From: an uncultured Actinomycetes bacterium
Lineage (GTDB): Bacteria; Actinomycetota; Thermoleophilia; RBG-16-64-13
Length of the DNA stretch: 64,000 nt
Reading direction: 5' to 3'
Assembly: GCA_963814365.1 (NCBI GenBank)
Contig: CAWFCL010000004.1
Span: forward strand, 1,504,576-1,568,575
The position numbers and the translations under genes are program-made. This document shows positions 20,382 to 29,685 of the stretch, one piece after another (position 1 is the stretch's first letter; each line of letters opens with the position of its first letter). The notes under the pieces are model-generated. The model saw nothing but the letters and a program-made list of their open reading frames with translations, made no database searches and had not been told where the DNA came from.

Positions 20382-22042
20382 CCGCCCCCGCTACTTACAC
20401 CGTCGGTGTCGATTTTGGGACTCTCTCAGCGCGGGCGGTCGTCGTGAGAGTCCGCGACGGGGCCGAGATGGGCAGCGCTTTATACGAGTACCCTCACGGG
20501 GTGGTAGACGAAGTCCTCCCCGCCACAGGTCAGGCATTGCCGCCGGATTGGGCACTGCAGATGCCCGGCGATTGGCGAGATTCTCTGCGGACAGCCGTCC
20601 CCGCCGCCCTTCACGAAGCCGGTGTCGACCCTAGGGACGTTATCGGCATAGGCACCGACTTCACAGCGTGCACGGTCATGCCCACTTTGCGGGACGGCAC
20701 CCCACTATGCGAGCTGCCCGATCTCGCCGACCGGCCCCACTCCTACCCGAAGTTGTGGAAGCATCACGCCGCGCAGCCGGAAGCCGACCAAATCAATGAA
20801 CTTGCGCATCAGAGAGGCGAGTCCTGGATAGGCCGCTATGGCGGCAAGATCTCTTCTGAATGGGAGTTCGCCAAAGCCCTACAGGTGCTGCACGAAGACC
20901 CCGACCTCTACACTCGCATCGAGCGCTGGATAGAGGCGGCCGACTGGATCATCTGGCAGTTGTGCGGCAGCGAGACCCGCAACATCTGCACGGCCGGCTA
21001 CAAGGGCATCTATCAGGACGGCAGAAGGCCCTCGCGCGACTACCTCGCGGCACTCGACCCCGGATTCGGCGATTTCGTGGACGACAAGCTGGAACACCCT
21101 CTGGCGCAACTGGGGACGATGGCCGGTACGCTTACCCCTCGGGCAGCCGCCTGGACGGGGCTGCCCGAGGGGATCGCGGTCGCCGTAGGCAACGTTGACG
21201 CACATGTGACCTCGGCCGCCGCGCAAGCGCTGGAGCCCGGGCAGATGCTGGCCGTCATGGGCACTTCTACCTGCCACATAATGAACAGCGACGTTCTGGC
21301 ACAAGTCCCCGGCATGTGCGGGGTCGTCCGCGACGGCGTAGTCCCCGGCCTGTGGGGATACGAGGCCGGTCAGAGTGGGGTCGGCGACATCTTCGCGTGG
21401 TTCCTGGAGACCGGCGTTCCTGGCGAGTACATCCAAGCCGCCACGCAGAACGACGAGAACCTACACGACCACCTGACCCGCATGGCGGCTCAACAAGAGG
21501 TCGGGGAGCACGGACTGGTCGCCCTTGACTGGCACAGCGGCAACCGTTCCATACTGGTTGACCATCACCTGAGCGGGGTCGTCGCGGGCCTCACCTTGGC
21601 CACCCGGCCCGAGCACGTCTATCGCGCCCTGCTCGAGTCCACCGCATTCGGCACCCGCAAGATAGTCGAGACTTTCGCCGCTTCTGGCGTGCCGGTCAAG
21701 GAGTACGTGGTGGCGGGTGGCTTGGTCAAGAACAAGTTCCTGATGCAGATCTACTCGGACGTGACCCGGCTGCCCATCAGCACCGTGCGCTCCGATCAGG
21801 GTCCTGCTCTCGGTTCGGCCATCCACGCGGCCGTGGCCGCAGGTGCCTACCCCGACATATTCGCGGCGTCTGCGGCCATGGGCGGCAAAGAAGAGGCCGC
21901 ATTCACACCGGACGACCAGAGAGCCGCGGCCTACGACGGACTGTACGAGCAGTATGCGCAGATGCACGACTTCTTTGGGCGCGATTCTCAGGTGCTGCAC
22001 AACTTGCGAGACATCCGGGACAAGGCGAGCCCCGTCAAGTAG
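20378..22042 (+). CDS. araB: ribulokinase
   Basis: Intact 554-aa ORF of the FGGY kinase family, with an AraB-type N-terminus (YTVGVDFGTLSARAVVV) and the typical AraB length. Confidence 0.92.
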   Translation: MTAPATYTVGVDFGTLSARAVVVRVRDGAEMGSALYEYPHGVVDEVLPATGQALPPDWALQMPGDWRDSLRTAVPAALHEAGVDPRDVIGIGTDFTACTVMPTLRDGTPLCELPDLADRPHSYPKLWKHHAAQPEADQINELAHQRGESWIGRYGGKISSEWEFAKALQVLHEDPDLYTRIERWIEAADWIIWQLCGSETRNICTAGYKGIYQDGRRPSRDYLAALDPGFGDFVDDKLEHPLAQLGTMAGTLTPRAAAWTGLPEGIAVAVGNVDAHVTSAAAQALEPGQMLAVMGTSTCHIMNSDVLAQVPGMCGVVRDGVVPGLWGYEAGQSGVGDIFAWFLETGVPGEYIQAATQNDENLHDHLTRMAAQQEVGEHGLVALDWHSGNRSILVDHHLSGVVAGLTLATRPEHVYRALLESTAFGTRKIVETFAASGVPVKEYVVAGGLVKNKFLMQIYSDVTRLPISTVRSDQGPALGSAIHAAVAAGAYPDIFAASAAMGGKEEAAFTPDDQRAAAYDGLYEQYAQMHDFFGRDSQVLHNLRDIRDKASPVK

Positions 22043-22086
22043 CTTCCCCGGAGCGCAACGTGGCCGGAAAGGCCATACTCCGTCGA

Positions 22087-23148
22087 CTACTCCACCGGAC
22101 GCGTCCTGGCGTTCTTGCGGTACTCGGCTGGAGTGGTATCGAACTTCTTCTTGAACTCTCTGTAGAAGTAGGTCTTGTCTTCGTAGCCGGCGTCGGCGAT
22201 GACCTCCGAGACAGGCATCGCGCTTCCCTCGAGTAGGTTGGCCGCGTGTTGCAGCTTGATGGTCTTGAGTATCTGCGAGAACCCGCTGCCCGTATAGGCC
22301 CGGACCATACGCGACAGGTGCGCCTCGTTGTAGCTGAAGAAGCGGGCTACCTCGACCAGGCTCACCGTGCGGAAGTTCTGATGGATGTATGACAGGATGG
22401 CGACGATGTTCTTGTGCTCACCGCCCTTCTTGGAGGCGGTCACAAAGTCGTATTCGTGGTCCCGTAGTAGGTAGATGAAGAACTCTTCTAGCAGCGTCCG
22501 CAGCAGCCTGTCCTTGTACCGCGTATCCCCGTCGCTGACCTTGACCATCTCCAGGATCGCCGAAACCAACTCCGGCTCATTGCAGCCGCGGCAGAACATG
22601 AAGGGGTAGAAAGACGTGCAGTGAAGAACCCGGGTGAAGAAGTCGGATATCACGTCGTTGGTCCGTAGTAGGTCTATGAAGGTCGAGCGGAACGTCCCCT
22701 GCCGTATGAGGATGTTGACTAAGAGCGTGTCGTCGTCAAAGATGACCGGGGTGTGCTGCGTGCCCGGGGCCATGAAGCACACGTCTCCCGCACCCATCTT
22801 CAGGCTACCCTCACCTATGCTCTGCGACAGTGAGCCGGATAGCACGTACTGAAGCTCGAAGAACTCATGTGTGTGAGTGGGCACGGGCATGTAGCGGGGG
22901 TGGATGATCAGAAAGATGTCGGCATTGCCGTCGAAGAACAGGGGCTCGTCCAATACCTCTGGCTTCACACGGTTCTTGATCCTCCAAAAACGAGCCTCGT
23001 CGGAAGGGTGACCGCGGAAGATCTTAGCCAGTTCGGGCGGTAGGCGTTCCAGCCGTGCATACGACAGCCCGGCGTCATGCAGGTACTTGAAGGCCTCTTC
23101 GAGCGGAGTCAACCGCATGAGAGCGCGGATACCTTCTGATGTGAGCAT
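22087..23148 (-). CDS. AraC-family transcriptional regulator (cupin sensor + HTH)
   Basis: Intact 353-aa ORF with an N-terminal cupin-like domain (HTHEFFELQYVLSG) and a C-terminal AraC-type double HTH (...YEDKTYFYREFKKKFDTTPAEYR). It lies next to the rhamnose genes. GC appears slightly lower than in the neighbours. Confidence 0.88.
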   Translation of the reverse strand: MLTSEGIRALMRLTPLEEAFKYLHDAGLSYARLERLPPELAKIFRGHPSDEARFWRIKNRVKPEVLDEPLFFDGNADIFLIIHPRYMPVPTHTHEFFELQYVLSGSLSQSIGEGSLKMGAGDVCFMAPGTQHTPVIFDDDTLLVNILIRQGTFRSTFIDLLRTNDVISDFFTRVLHCTSFYPFMFCRGCNEPELVSAILEMVKVSDGDTRYKDRLLRTLLEEFFIYLLRDHEYDFVTASKKGGEHKNIVAILSYIHQNFRTVSLVEVARFFSYNEAHLSRMVRAYTGSGFSQILKTIKLQHAANLLEGSAMPVSEVIADAGYEDKTYFYREFKKKFDTTPAEYRKNARTRPVE

Positions 23149-23160
23149 GCCCGCGCTACC

Positions 23161-24279
23161 TCAAGAACACCGGCTCCCGCCCAGGTCTCGGGCAGCACCT
23201 ACAGGGTCGACCTCCGCCCCCAGACGCTGCCGCGCCTGAGCGCAGAGCTCACGGACATCGGTCTGGTAGGCTTCTTGAAGAAGTCGGTATCCGCCCAGGA
23301 CGTCCCCGGCGATCTGGGCCTCCTGAAGGGCCTTTCTGTCCACCAGCAGGGCTTTGGCGTACGCCTCCTGGACGTTCAGGATACTCAGGACCATGGCCTC
23401 CAGCTTGGGCTCGATGTTATGCGATTGGTCGATGGTCAGCCGAGGCAAGGGTGCGTCGTCGGCAAGAAGCTCTACGAAGATCAAGAAGAGTTCGAAGGGA
23501 TTGATAGAACCCACTATCAGATCGTCATCGGCGTACTTGCGTGCGTTCAGATGGATACCGCCAAGCCGCCCCTGGAACTCCAGCATCGCGACGATCTGTT
23601 CGATGTTCGCGCCCTGATAGTGATGGCCTATGTCGACAAGGACGCGAGCGCGATCGCCCAGCGCCTGGCAGACAAGCACCGCCGACGCCCAGTCCGCCAG
23701 ATCGGTGGCATAGAAGGCCGGCTCGAAAGGCTTGTACTCGACGAGCAGCTCCTGTTCCGGCGGCAGACTCTCGTACAACTTCCGCAGCGTCTCCAGCAGG
23801 CGCCGTCGCCTAGCCCTGAAGTCATCCTGCCCCGGGTAGTTGGTGCCGTCGGCCAACCAGAGCGACTGCGCCGTAGAGCCCAGCTCCGTAGCCACCCGGA
23901 CGCAATCCAGCAGGTGCTCCAGAGCCTTCTGGCGGACCTTCGGGTCGGGGTTGGTGACCGAACCTAGGCGGTAGTCGGGATCCTGGAAGAGATTGGAGTT
24001 GACGGCCCCCGTGCGCAGTCCGCTCGCCTCGATGTGAGCACGCAACGAACCCAAGTCGTCGATAGAGTCCCACGGGAAGTGGAGAGCGACAGCAGGTGCG
24101 GCGCCGGTAAGTCGGTGCACAAGCGCTGCGTCATCCACCTTCTGGAACACGTCGCGCGGCGCATCTGCCTGCGCGAAGACGGCGAAGCGCGTGCCAGAAT
24201 CGCCATACCCCCAGGAGGGCGTCTCTATCTCCAGCTGTGCCAACCGCTCAAGTACGGATTTCTCATCCATGCCGCTCAC
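23161..24279 (-). CDS. rhaI: L-rhamnose isomerase (RhaI, xylose-isomerase-like TIM-barrel type)
   Basis: Intact 372-aa ORF. EIETPSWGYGDSGTRFAVF is characteristic of the actinobacterial-type RhaI, and the gene sits in an operon context with rhaB and rhaD. Confidence 0.82.
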   Translation of the reverse strand: MSGMDEKSVLERLAQLEIETPSWGYGDSGTRFAVFAQADAPRDVFQKVDDAALVHRLTGAAPAVALHFPWDSIDDLGSLRAHIEASGLRTGAVNSNLFQDPDYRLGSVTNPDPKVRQKALEHLLDCVRVATELGSTAQSLWLADGTNYPGQDDFRARRRRLLETLRKLYESLPPEQELLVEYKPFEPAFYATDLADWASAVLVCQALGDRARVLVDIGHHYQGANIEQIVAMLEFQGRLGGIHLNARKYADDDLIVGSINPFELFLIFVELLADDAPLPRLTIDQSHNIEPKLEAMVLSILNVQEAYAKALLVDRKALQEAQIAGDVLGGYRLLQEAYQTDVRELCAQARQRLGAEVDPVGAARDLGGSRCS

Positions 24280-25795
24280 TTATCCCTTCCTGTTTGCTCT
24301 GCGGCGTCTAGGTACTGGTTCTCCAGACCCGTGACACTCAAGAATCTTCGGTAGGTGGCCTCGTCCGCGCGCCTGTCAACAGCCGGAGGATACGGACCGG
24401 CGGGAACGAGGCCCGCGATATCTCTCTCATCTCTTCGAACGTGGATACATGCCCCACAGCGCATGCCTGCATCAGTATGTTGCCAAGGGCCGAGGCCTCG
24501 CCGGGCCCGGCGAGCACCTCCCGACCCGTGATGTCAGCGGTCAACCGGCACAGTAATTCGTTACGAGAGCCCCCGCCGACCACATGGATAGTCCCGATGG
24601 ACTTGGACGCGACCCGCTCCAGGAGTTCGAGCACCATCCGGTATTTGCAGGCTAGAGACACGAAGATGGACCTCACCATCGCACCCCGGTCTGACGGCAC
24701 CGCTTGACCGCTCTCTCGCACCAACTTCTCGATCCTGGCGGGCATATCTCCTGGATAGACCAGCGAGGGATGATCGGGGTCGAAGAGAGCCGGCTCGTCC
24801 GCACTCGCCTCGGCAAGTCGGGCGAGCCCTGCATAGTCGGGGGCCGAACCTTGCTCAGTCCATGTCGCGCGACACTGTTGAAGCAGCCAGAGGCCCATGA
24901 CGTTGCGCAGCAGGCGCGTCGTGCCAAACACCCCACGCTCGTTGGAAAGATCGGCCCGTTGAGCGGCTTCGGTCAGCACAGGTCCGCCTGATTCCAGACC
25001 CAGTAGCGACCAGGTGCCCGACGACAGTACCGCGGTAGAAGCGTCCCGCAGAGGAGCGCCCGCGAACGCTGCCGCCGTATCGTGCCCGGCGGTGGCAACA
25101 ACGTCTATCTCGTCGCTCAAGCCCAGGGCATCGCGGTGAGCGGGCAACAGAGGCCCCAGCACCGTACCAGACTCGACCAGGTCACCGAAGATAGGCGCAG
25201 GCAACTTCAGCGCTTCGATAAGATCTCGTGCCCAGCCGCCTGTCCGCGCATCCACTAAGCCGGTGGTCGAGGCAGCCGTGCCCTCGTTGGCCAACACGCC
25301 GCTGAGCCAGAAGGCCAGAAGGTCGGGTATCAGAGCGATACGGTGCGCCCCTATTAGTGCCGCCGACCCTTGTTCTGCGAGCAACTGGTAGACCGTGTTG
25401 AAAGACATCTGCCGGATACCGGTGGTCTCGTACGCCCGCGCATCCGACATGTCGCCGGCCACCCGGTCCGAGACGCCGTCGGTGCGGTGGTCGCGATAGT
25501 GGTAAGGCGCCCCCAGCAGTCGCCCCCCTTCGTCAAGCAGGCCATAGTCCACCCCCCAGGAGTCGACCGCGATGGAGCAAATGTCATGCTCTCGGGTCGC
25601 CAGTTCCAGCCCCGCCAGGCCTCCGCGCAGCAGCCCACAGATGTCCCAGTGCAGCCCATCCGGCAATGTCACCGCACGATTGGGAAAACGGACCGCCTCT
25701 TCCAGCGAGATGGCTCCTCGATCCAGCTTGCCGATGACCACCCGCCCCGATTCGGCGCCCAGGTCGACAGCGACGAATGTGGGTACCAGCGTCAT
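24276..25795 (-). CDS. rhaB: rhamnulokinase, probable frameshift near the C-terminus
   Basis: FGGY kinase. I chose the start MTLVPTFVAVDLGAESGRV at 25795 (ATGA overlap with rhaD) and rejected the 61-aa upstream extension of the ORF track. The C-terminal tail probably continues in ORF 24276..24464, ending with a 4-nt overlap onto rhaI. Confidence 0.82.
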
Positions 25796-26583
25796 TCCCC
25801 TCGAAAACGACGCCCGAGTTCTTCCAGATCGTCCAGTTGCGCATCCGTGAGCCCCTGAGGGTCGAAACCTGCCGAGCGCACCATAAGAAAGATCTTCGCG
25901 GACTTCTCTGCGGTCTCTATCAGATCGAATGCATCGAATACATCCGTGCCCACCGCGACGCAACCATGCTTCTCCCACAATCCTACTCGGTGGTGTTCCA
26001 AGATATGCACCGTCGTGTCGGCCAGATCCTGGCTCCCGGGCAGACGGTAGGGGACCAAGCCGACACCGTCGGGCATGACCACCTTCATCTCGGGGTGCAT
26101 CGACCAGAGCAGGCGGCTCAAAGCTTCGGTGGAACAGTACTCGGCGACATGACTAAGAGCCAACAGACAATCAGGATGCGTGTGCAGCACAGCCTTCTTG
26201 TCCGGGTGCAGGCGCCTTAGATAGGCGTGGATACAGAGATGCGAAGGGAACTCCGACGTGGTTACCAAGTCGATATCCTCGTCGGACCCCAGAAGGATCT
26301 GATAGCCACTCAGATCGTCCGCGATACGTGCAAGGACCACGTGCTTCTCGGGTCGGCTGGCGACATCCCTGAAGCGTGCGCCCGTCGCCGTGACCAAGTA
26401 CGAACGCCCTGCAAGTTCAGGGTAGGCGACCGGATTGTCTATGTGGCGACCACGGCGCAACCCCGATGGCCGGTCGCGGTCTTCTGTGATATCCACCGAG
26501 ACGTTGCCCGCGTTCCGTTCCGCCCAGCCACGCTCCGAGATCAATCCCGCGATATCAGCGATGTCAGCCAGAGTCTTCTTCAT
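25792..26583 (-). CDS. rhaD: class II aldolase (rhamnulose-1-phosphate aldolase-like)
   Basis: Intact 263-aa ORF with the class II aldolase/adducin pattern (RGWAERNAGNVSV...LHTHP...). It is the first gene of the rhaD-rhaB-rhaI operon. Confidence 0.82.
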   Translation of the reverse strand: MKKTLADIADIAGLISERGWAERNAGNVSVDITEDRDRPSGLRRGRHIDNPVAYPELAGRSYLVTATGARFRDVASRPEKHVVLARIADDLSGYQILLGSDEDIDLVTTSEFPSHLCIHAYLRRLHPDKKAVLHTHPDCLLALSHVAEYCSTEALSRLLWSMHPEMKVVMPDGVGLVPYRLPGSQDLADTTVHILEHHRVGLWEKHGCVAVGTDVFDAFDLIETAEKSAKIFLMVRSAGFDPQGLTDAQLDDLEELGRRFRGE

Positions 26584-26735
26584 CTTCTGCCTTCCGAGAT
26601 AGTGCCTCTACACAACCCATCGTATATCTCTTGCTCCACTTTTGCCTCGGAGTCAAGGCAGTGTGTCAACAAAAGCCACCACACGGGTAGCTTTTGCACA
26701 CTCCGCTCGCAGGTACGATGGGCTAGGCTGATGAA

Positions 26736-27647
26736 GTGGAAAAGGTCATCGAGCAACTCAAGCGTGACAGCTTGGCGTTGGACAAGCTCAACCGCACTGT
26801 TTCCGTCCAGGGGACAAGGCAGAAGATCCGTCTACCCGGAAGGATGATACACACCGTCTTCTATCCTGCGGAGCAGAAGAACGCTCCGGTGATCTTCGCA
26901 TTCCACGGTGGGGGCTTCGTCCTTGGCGGGTGTGCTCTTGACGACGCGCTCCACCACACCTTCAGCAAGACACTCTCGGCCAATCTAGTCTCAGTGGGCT
27001 ACCGCAAGGGCGAGAGGAACCCGTTCCCCAAGGCCGTCAACGACGCGTACGACGCGGTGAAGTACTACCTGGACGATATGGGGGACGAATATCACTTCGA
27101 TCATGGCCGTGTAGCCACCTTCGGCAGCAGTGCAGGGGCAAACCTAGCCGTGGCCACCGGCATCCTGGCGCAGAGACGCAAGGAATTCCGAGTGGGCATG
27201 CAGATACTCAACTATCCGTTTCTGGACATGGCCACCCCCCCACGACAAAAGGGCTACCTGGCCGATGAACTGGTGAAGGCTCACTACTTCAATGAAGCCT
27301 ATGCCGAACCCTCGCTTTGGACGGACCCCTTGGTGTCACCGGTGCTCGCAGCCGATGAGGACTTCGATAAGACCATGAGCGTTATAGTGACTTTGGCAGA
27401 CATAGACCCCCTGCGCACCGAGGGAGAGTCCTACGCCCAACACGCTCGCCGCCTCGGCCTCTCAGTGGCCGAGCGCGTTTCCCCTGGGCAGGTCCACGGG
27501 TATTTGGAGTGCGCCTTCCGTGACTTGACCAAGGGGTGGTGCCCACCGCCGATCCGAGCCGCGGCAGACGACGGTTCGCTGTACGCGGAACGGGACGCGA
27601 CCGTGCAGTTCATCAAGGAGCAGTGGCAAGAATGGCTGTCCGCCTAG
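26736..27647 (+). CDS. alpha/beta hydrolase, HSL-type esterase/lipase
   Basis: Intact 303-aa ORF with the oxyanion motif HGGGF and the nucleophile elbow GSSAGANLA. Confidence 0.8.
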   Translation: MEKVIEQLKRDSLALDKLNRTVSVQGTRQKIRLPGRMIHTVFYPAEQKNAPVIFAFHGGGFVLGGCALDDALHHTFSKTLSANLVSVGYRKGERNPFPKAVNDAYDAVKYYLDDMGDEYHFDHGRVATFGSSAGANLAVATGILAQRRKEFRVGMQILNYPFLDMATPPRQKGYLADELVKAHYFNEAYAEPSLWTDPLVSPVLAADEDFDKTMSVIVTLADIDPLRTEGESYAQHARRLGLSVAERVSPGQVHGYLECAFRDLTKGWCPPPIRAAADDGSLYAERDATVQFIKEQWQEWLSA

Positions 27648-27666
27648 TCCCAAGGGAGGTCTCGGG

Positions 27667-29112
27667 TTGAAACGGTACGCGATGTTCATCGACGGTCAGT
27701 TCATCGACGAGAAGTTGCCGATGGTCCAGGTGACCAACCCGGCGACCGAGAAGGTGGTGTCGGAGTTCCCCGCCGGGGCGGCTAAGCACGTAGATGCGGC
27801 AGTCGCGGCCGCTCGGCAGGCGCAGACAGCTTGGGCCAAGCTCCCGGCCATCGAGCGCGCAGGCTACCTGCGCGAGATCGCCAACGGCGTCCGGGGCAAG
27901 GCAGACATGCTCGCCCGCACCATCGCGGAGGAGCAGGGAAAGATCATGCCTCTAGCTAAGGTAGAGGTTGACTTTACGGCCGACTACATCGACTACATGG
28001 CCGAGTTCGCCCGCCGCTACGAAGGCGAGATCATTCAGAGCGACAGGGCCAACGAGAACATCCTCTTATACAAGCCACCTGTGGGTGTCGTGGCGGGCAT
28101 CCTCCCCTGGAACTTCCCCTTCTTCCTGATAGCCCGCAAGATGGCCCCCGCGCTGGTAACAGGCAACACGATCATCATCAAACCCAGCAGCGAGACCCCC
28201 AACAACGCCTTTGAGTTTGCCTCCATCGTGGCCGAGAGTTCGTTGCCGAAGGGGGTGTTCAACCTGGTATCAGGCTCCGGCAGTGTCGTCGGCGCCGCCC
28301 TGGCAGGGCATCCGGGCGTCGACATGGTCAGTATGACCGGAAGCGTCGACAGCGGCATCAAGATCATGAGAGCCGCTGCGGAGAACGTCACCAAAGTATC
28401 CCTAGAGCTGGGCGGCAAAGCACCAGCCATCGTGATGCCCGACGCAGACCTGGATCTCGCCGCCGGCGCCATCAAGGACTCACGTGTCATCAACACCGGC
28501 CAGGTGTGCAACTGCGCCGAACGCGTGTATGTACACGAGGACATCGCCAAAGAGTTCACGGCGAAGGTGGTCGAGGCCATGAAGACTGTGCGGTACGGCG
28601 ACCCGCTCAAAGACGACAACATCAACATGGGGCCGATGATCAGCCAGACGCAGTTGGAAAATGTCGAGGCGGCGGTGGAGCAGGCTTTGAAAGACGGAGC
28701 CACCTGCGTTCTGGGCGGAAAGCGAGCGCAACAGACGCCCGGCTACTACTTCGAACCCACCGTGCTGACCGGGTGCAGTCAGGAATCAGCCGTCATGCGC
28801 GAAGAGGTGTTCGGTCCGGTACTCCCCATCACCACCTTCAAGACCCTAGACGAAGCCTTGGAAATGGCTAACGATTGCGACTACGGCCTGACTTCGTCCA
28901 TCTACACCACGAATGTGGACGTGGTCATGCGTGCGTGCAACGAGCTCAAATTCGGCGAGACCTACGTCAACCGTGAGAACTTCGAGGCCATGCAGGGCTT
29001 CCACGCCGGGTGGCGCAAGTCGGGAATCGGTGGGGCAGACGGCAAGCACGGCCTAGAGGAGTACCTGCAGACCCACGTGGTATACGTGCAGTACGATCTG
29101 AACGCGGGATGA
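27667..29112 (+). CDS. NAD(P)-dependent aldehyde dehydrogenase (context suggests lactaldehyde dehydrogenase)
   Basis: Intact 481-aa ORF with ALDH motifs (ELGGKAP, the catalytic Cys in GQVCNCAERVYV, and EEVFGPVL). It lies between the rhamnose genes and the lactate-utilisation genes. Confidence 0.88.
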   Translation: MKRYAMFIDGQFIDEKLPMVQVTNPATEKVVSEFPAGAAKHVDAAVAAARQAQTAWAKLPAIERAGYLREIANGVRGKADMLARTIAEEQGKIMPLAKVEVDFTADYIDYMAEFARRYEGEIIQSDRANENILLYKPPVGVVAGILPWNFPFFLIARKMAPALVTGNTIIIKPSSETPNNAFEFASIVAESSLPKGVFNLVSGSGSVVGAALAGHPGVDMVSMTGSVDSGIKIMRAAAENVTKVSLELGGKAPAIVMPDADLDLAAGAIKDSRVINTGQVCNCAERVYVHEDIAKEFTAKVVEAMKTVRYGDPLKDDNINMGPMISQTQLENVEAAVEQALKDGATCVLGGKRAQQTPGYYFEPTVLTGCSQESAVMREEVFGPVLPITTFKTLDEALEMANDCDYGLTSSIYTTNVDVVMRACNELKFGETYVNRENFEAMQGFHAGWRKSGIGGADGKHGLEEYLQTHVVYVQYDLNAG

Positions 29113-29151
29113 GCAACGCAGGGCCGGCCGCACGGCGGACCTAGGAGTCAC

Positions 29152-29685
29152 ATGGACGAGCTAATCGCTGAGTTCATTCGCGAAGCCGAGGCCGTGGGTG
29201 CACGGGTGCACTTGGCCTCTCAGGCCGCAGCGGCTGGCACTCTGTCGAGTCTGGTCTTGGAGGCGCGCTCTGTCGTGCTATCAGCCTCTCTGGAGCGATA
29301 CATCGGCGGACTCCGCGAGCTAGGTATCGATGCGGCGCTGGAAGGAACGGATGCAGCGGCGGCAGAGGGCCTGCCTCACGCAGACGCCGGTATCTGCGAA
29401 GCCATTGCGGGAGTGGCCGCTTCTGGCACCGTCCTCGTAGGACCGGGAGCCGGCTTCGAGGGAGTCATCTCTATCCTGCCTCCCCACTCCATCATATTGT
29501 TGAAGCGCGACCGCATCCACGAGGATGTCGCGGCGGCCCTTGAGGCGACAGCGGACCTGGTTGCTGCCCCGGGCTCCCGGCTGGCATTCATCACCGGCCC
29601 GTCCCGCACCTCGGACATCGAACTGACCCCCGTGATCGGCGTCCACGGTCCGCTGCGCTTGGACTTGGTGGTGATAGATGACTAG
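29152..29685 (+). CDS. lutC: LUD-domain protein (LutC-like lactate utilisation subunit)
   Basis: Intact 177-aa ORF with size and pattern consistent with LutC/YkgG. Its stop overlaps the following lutB-like gene. Confidence 0.7.
   Translation: MDELIAEFIREAEAVGARVHLASQAAAAGTLSSLVLEARSVVLSASLERYIGGLRELGIDAALEGTDAAAAEGLPHADAGICEAIAGVAASGTVLVGPGAGFEGVISILPPHSIILLKRDRIHEDVAAALEATADLVAAPGSRLAFITGPSRTSDIELTPVIGVHGPLRLDLVVIDD

Noticed and set aside
22087-23148. Lower GC of the AraC-type regulator gene (about 55-57% in sampled 60-mers versus about 65% nearby) as a sign of horizontal transfer.
   Set aside because: The difference is modest and comes from hand-counted samples only. There are no flanking repeats, tRNA or integrase genes. 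Regulators often have lower GC than enzymes.
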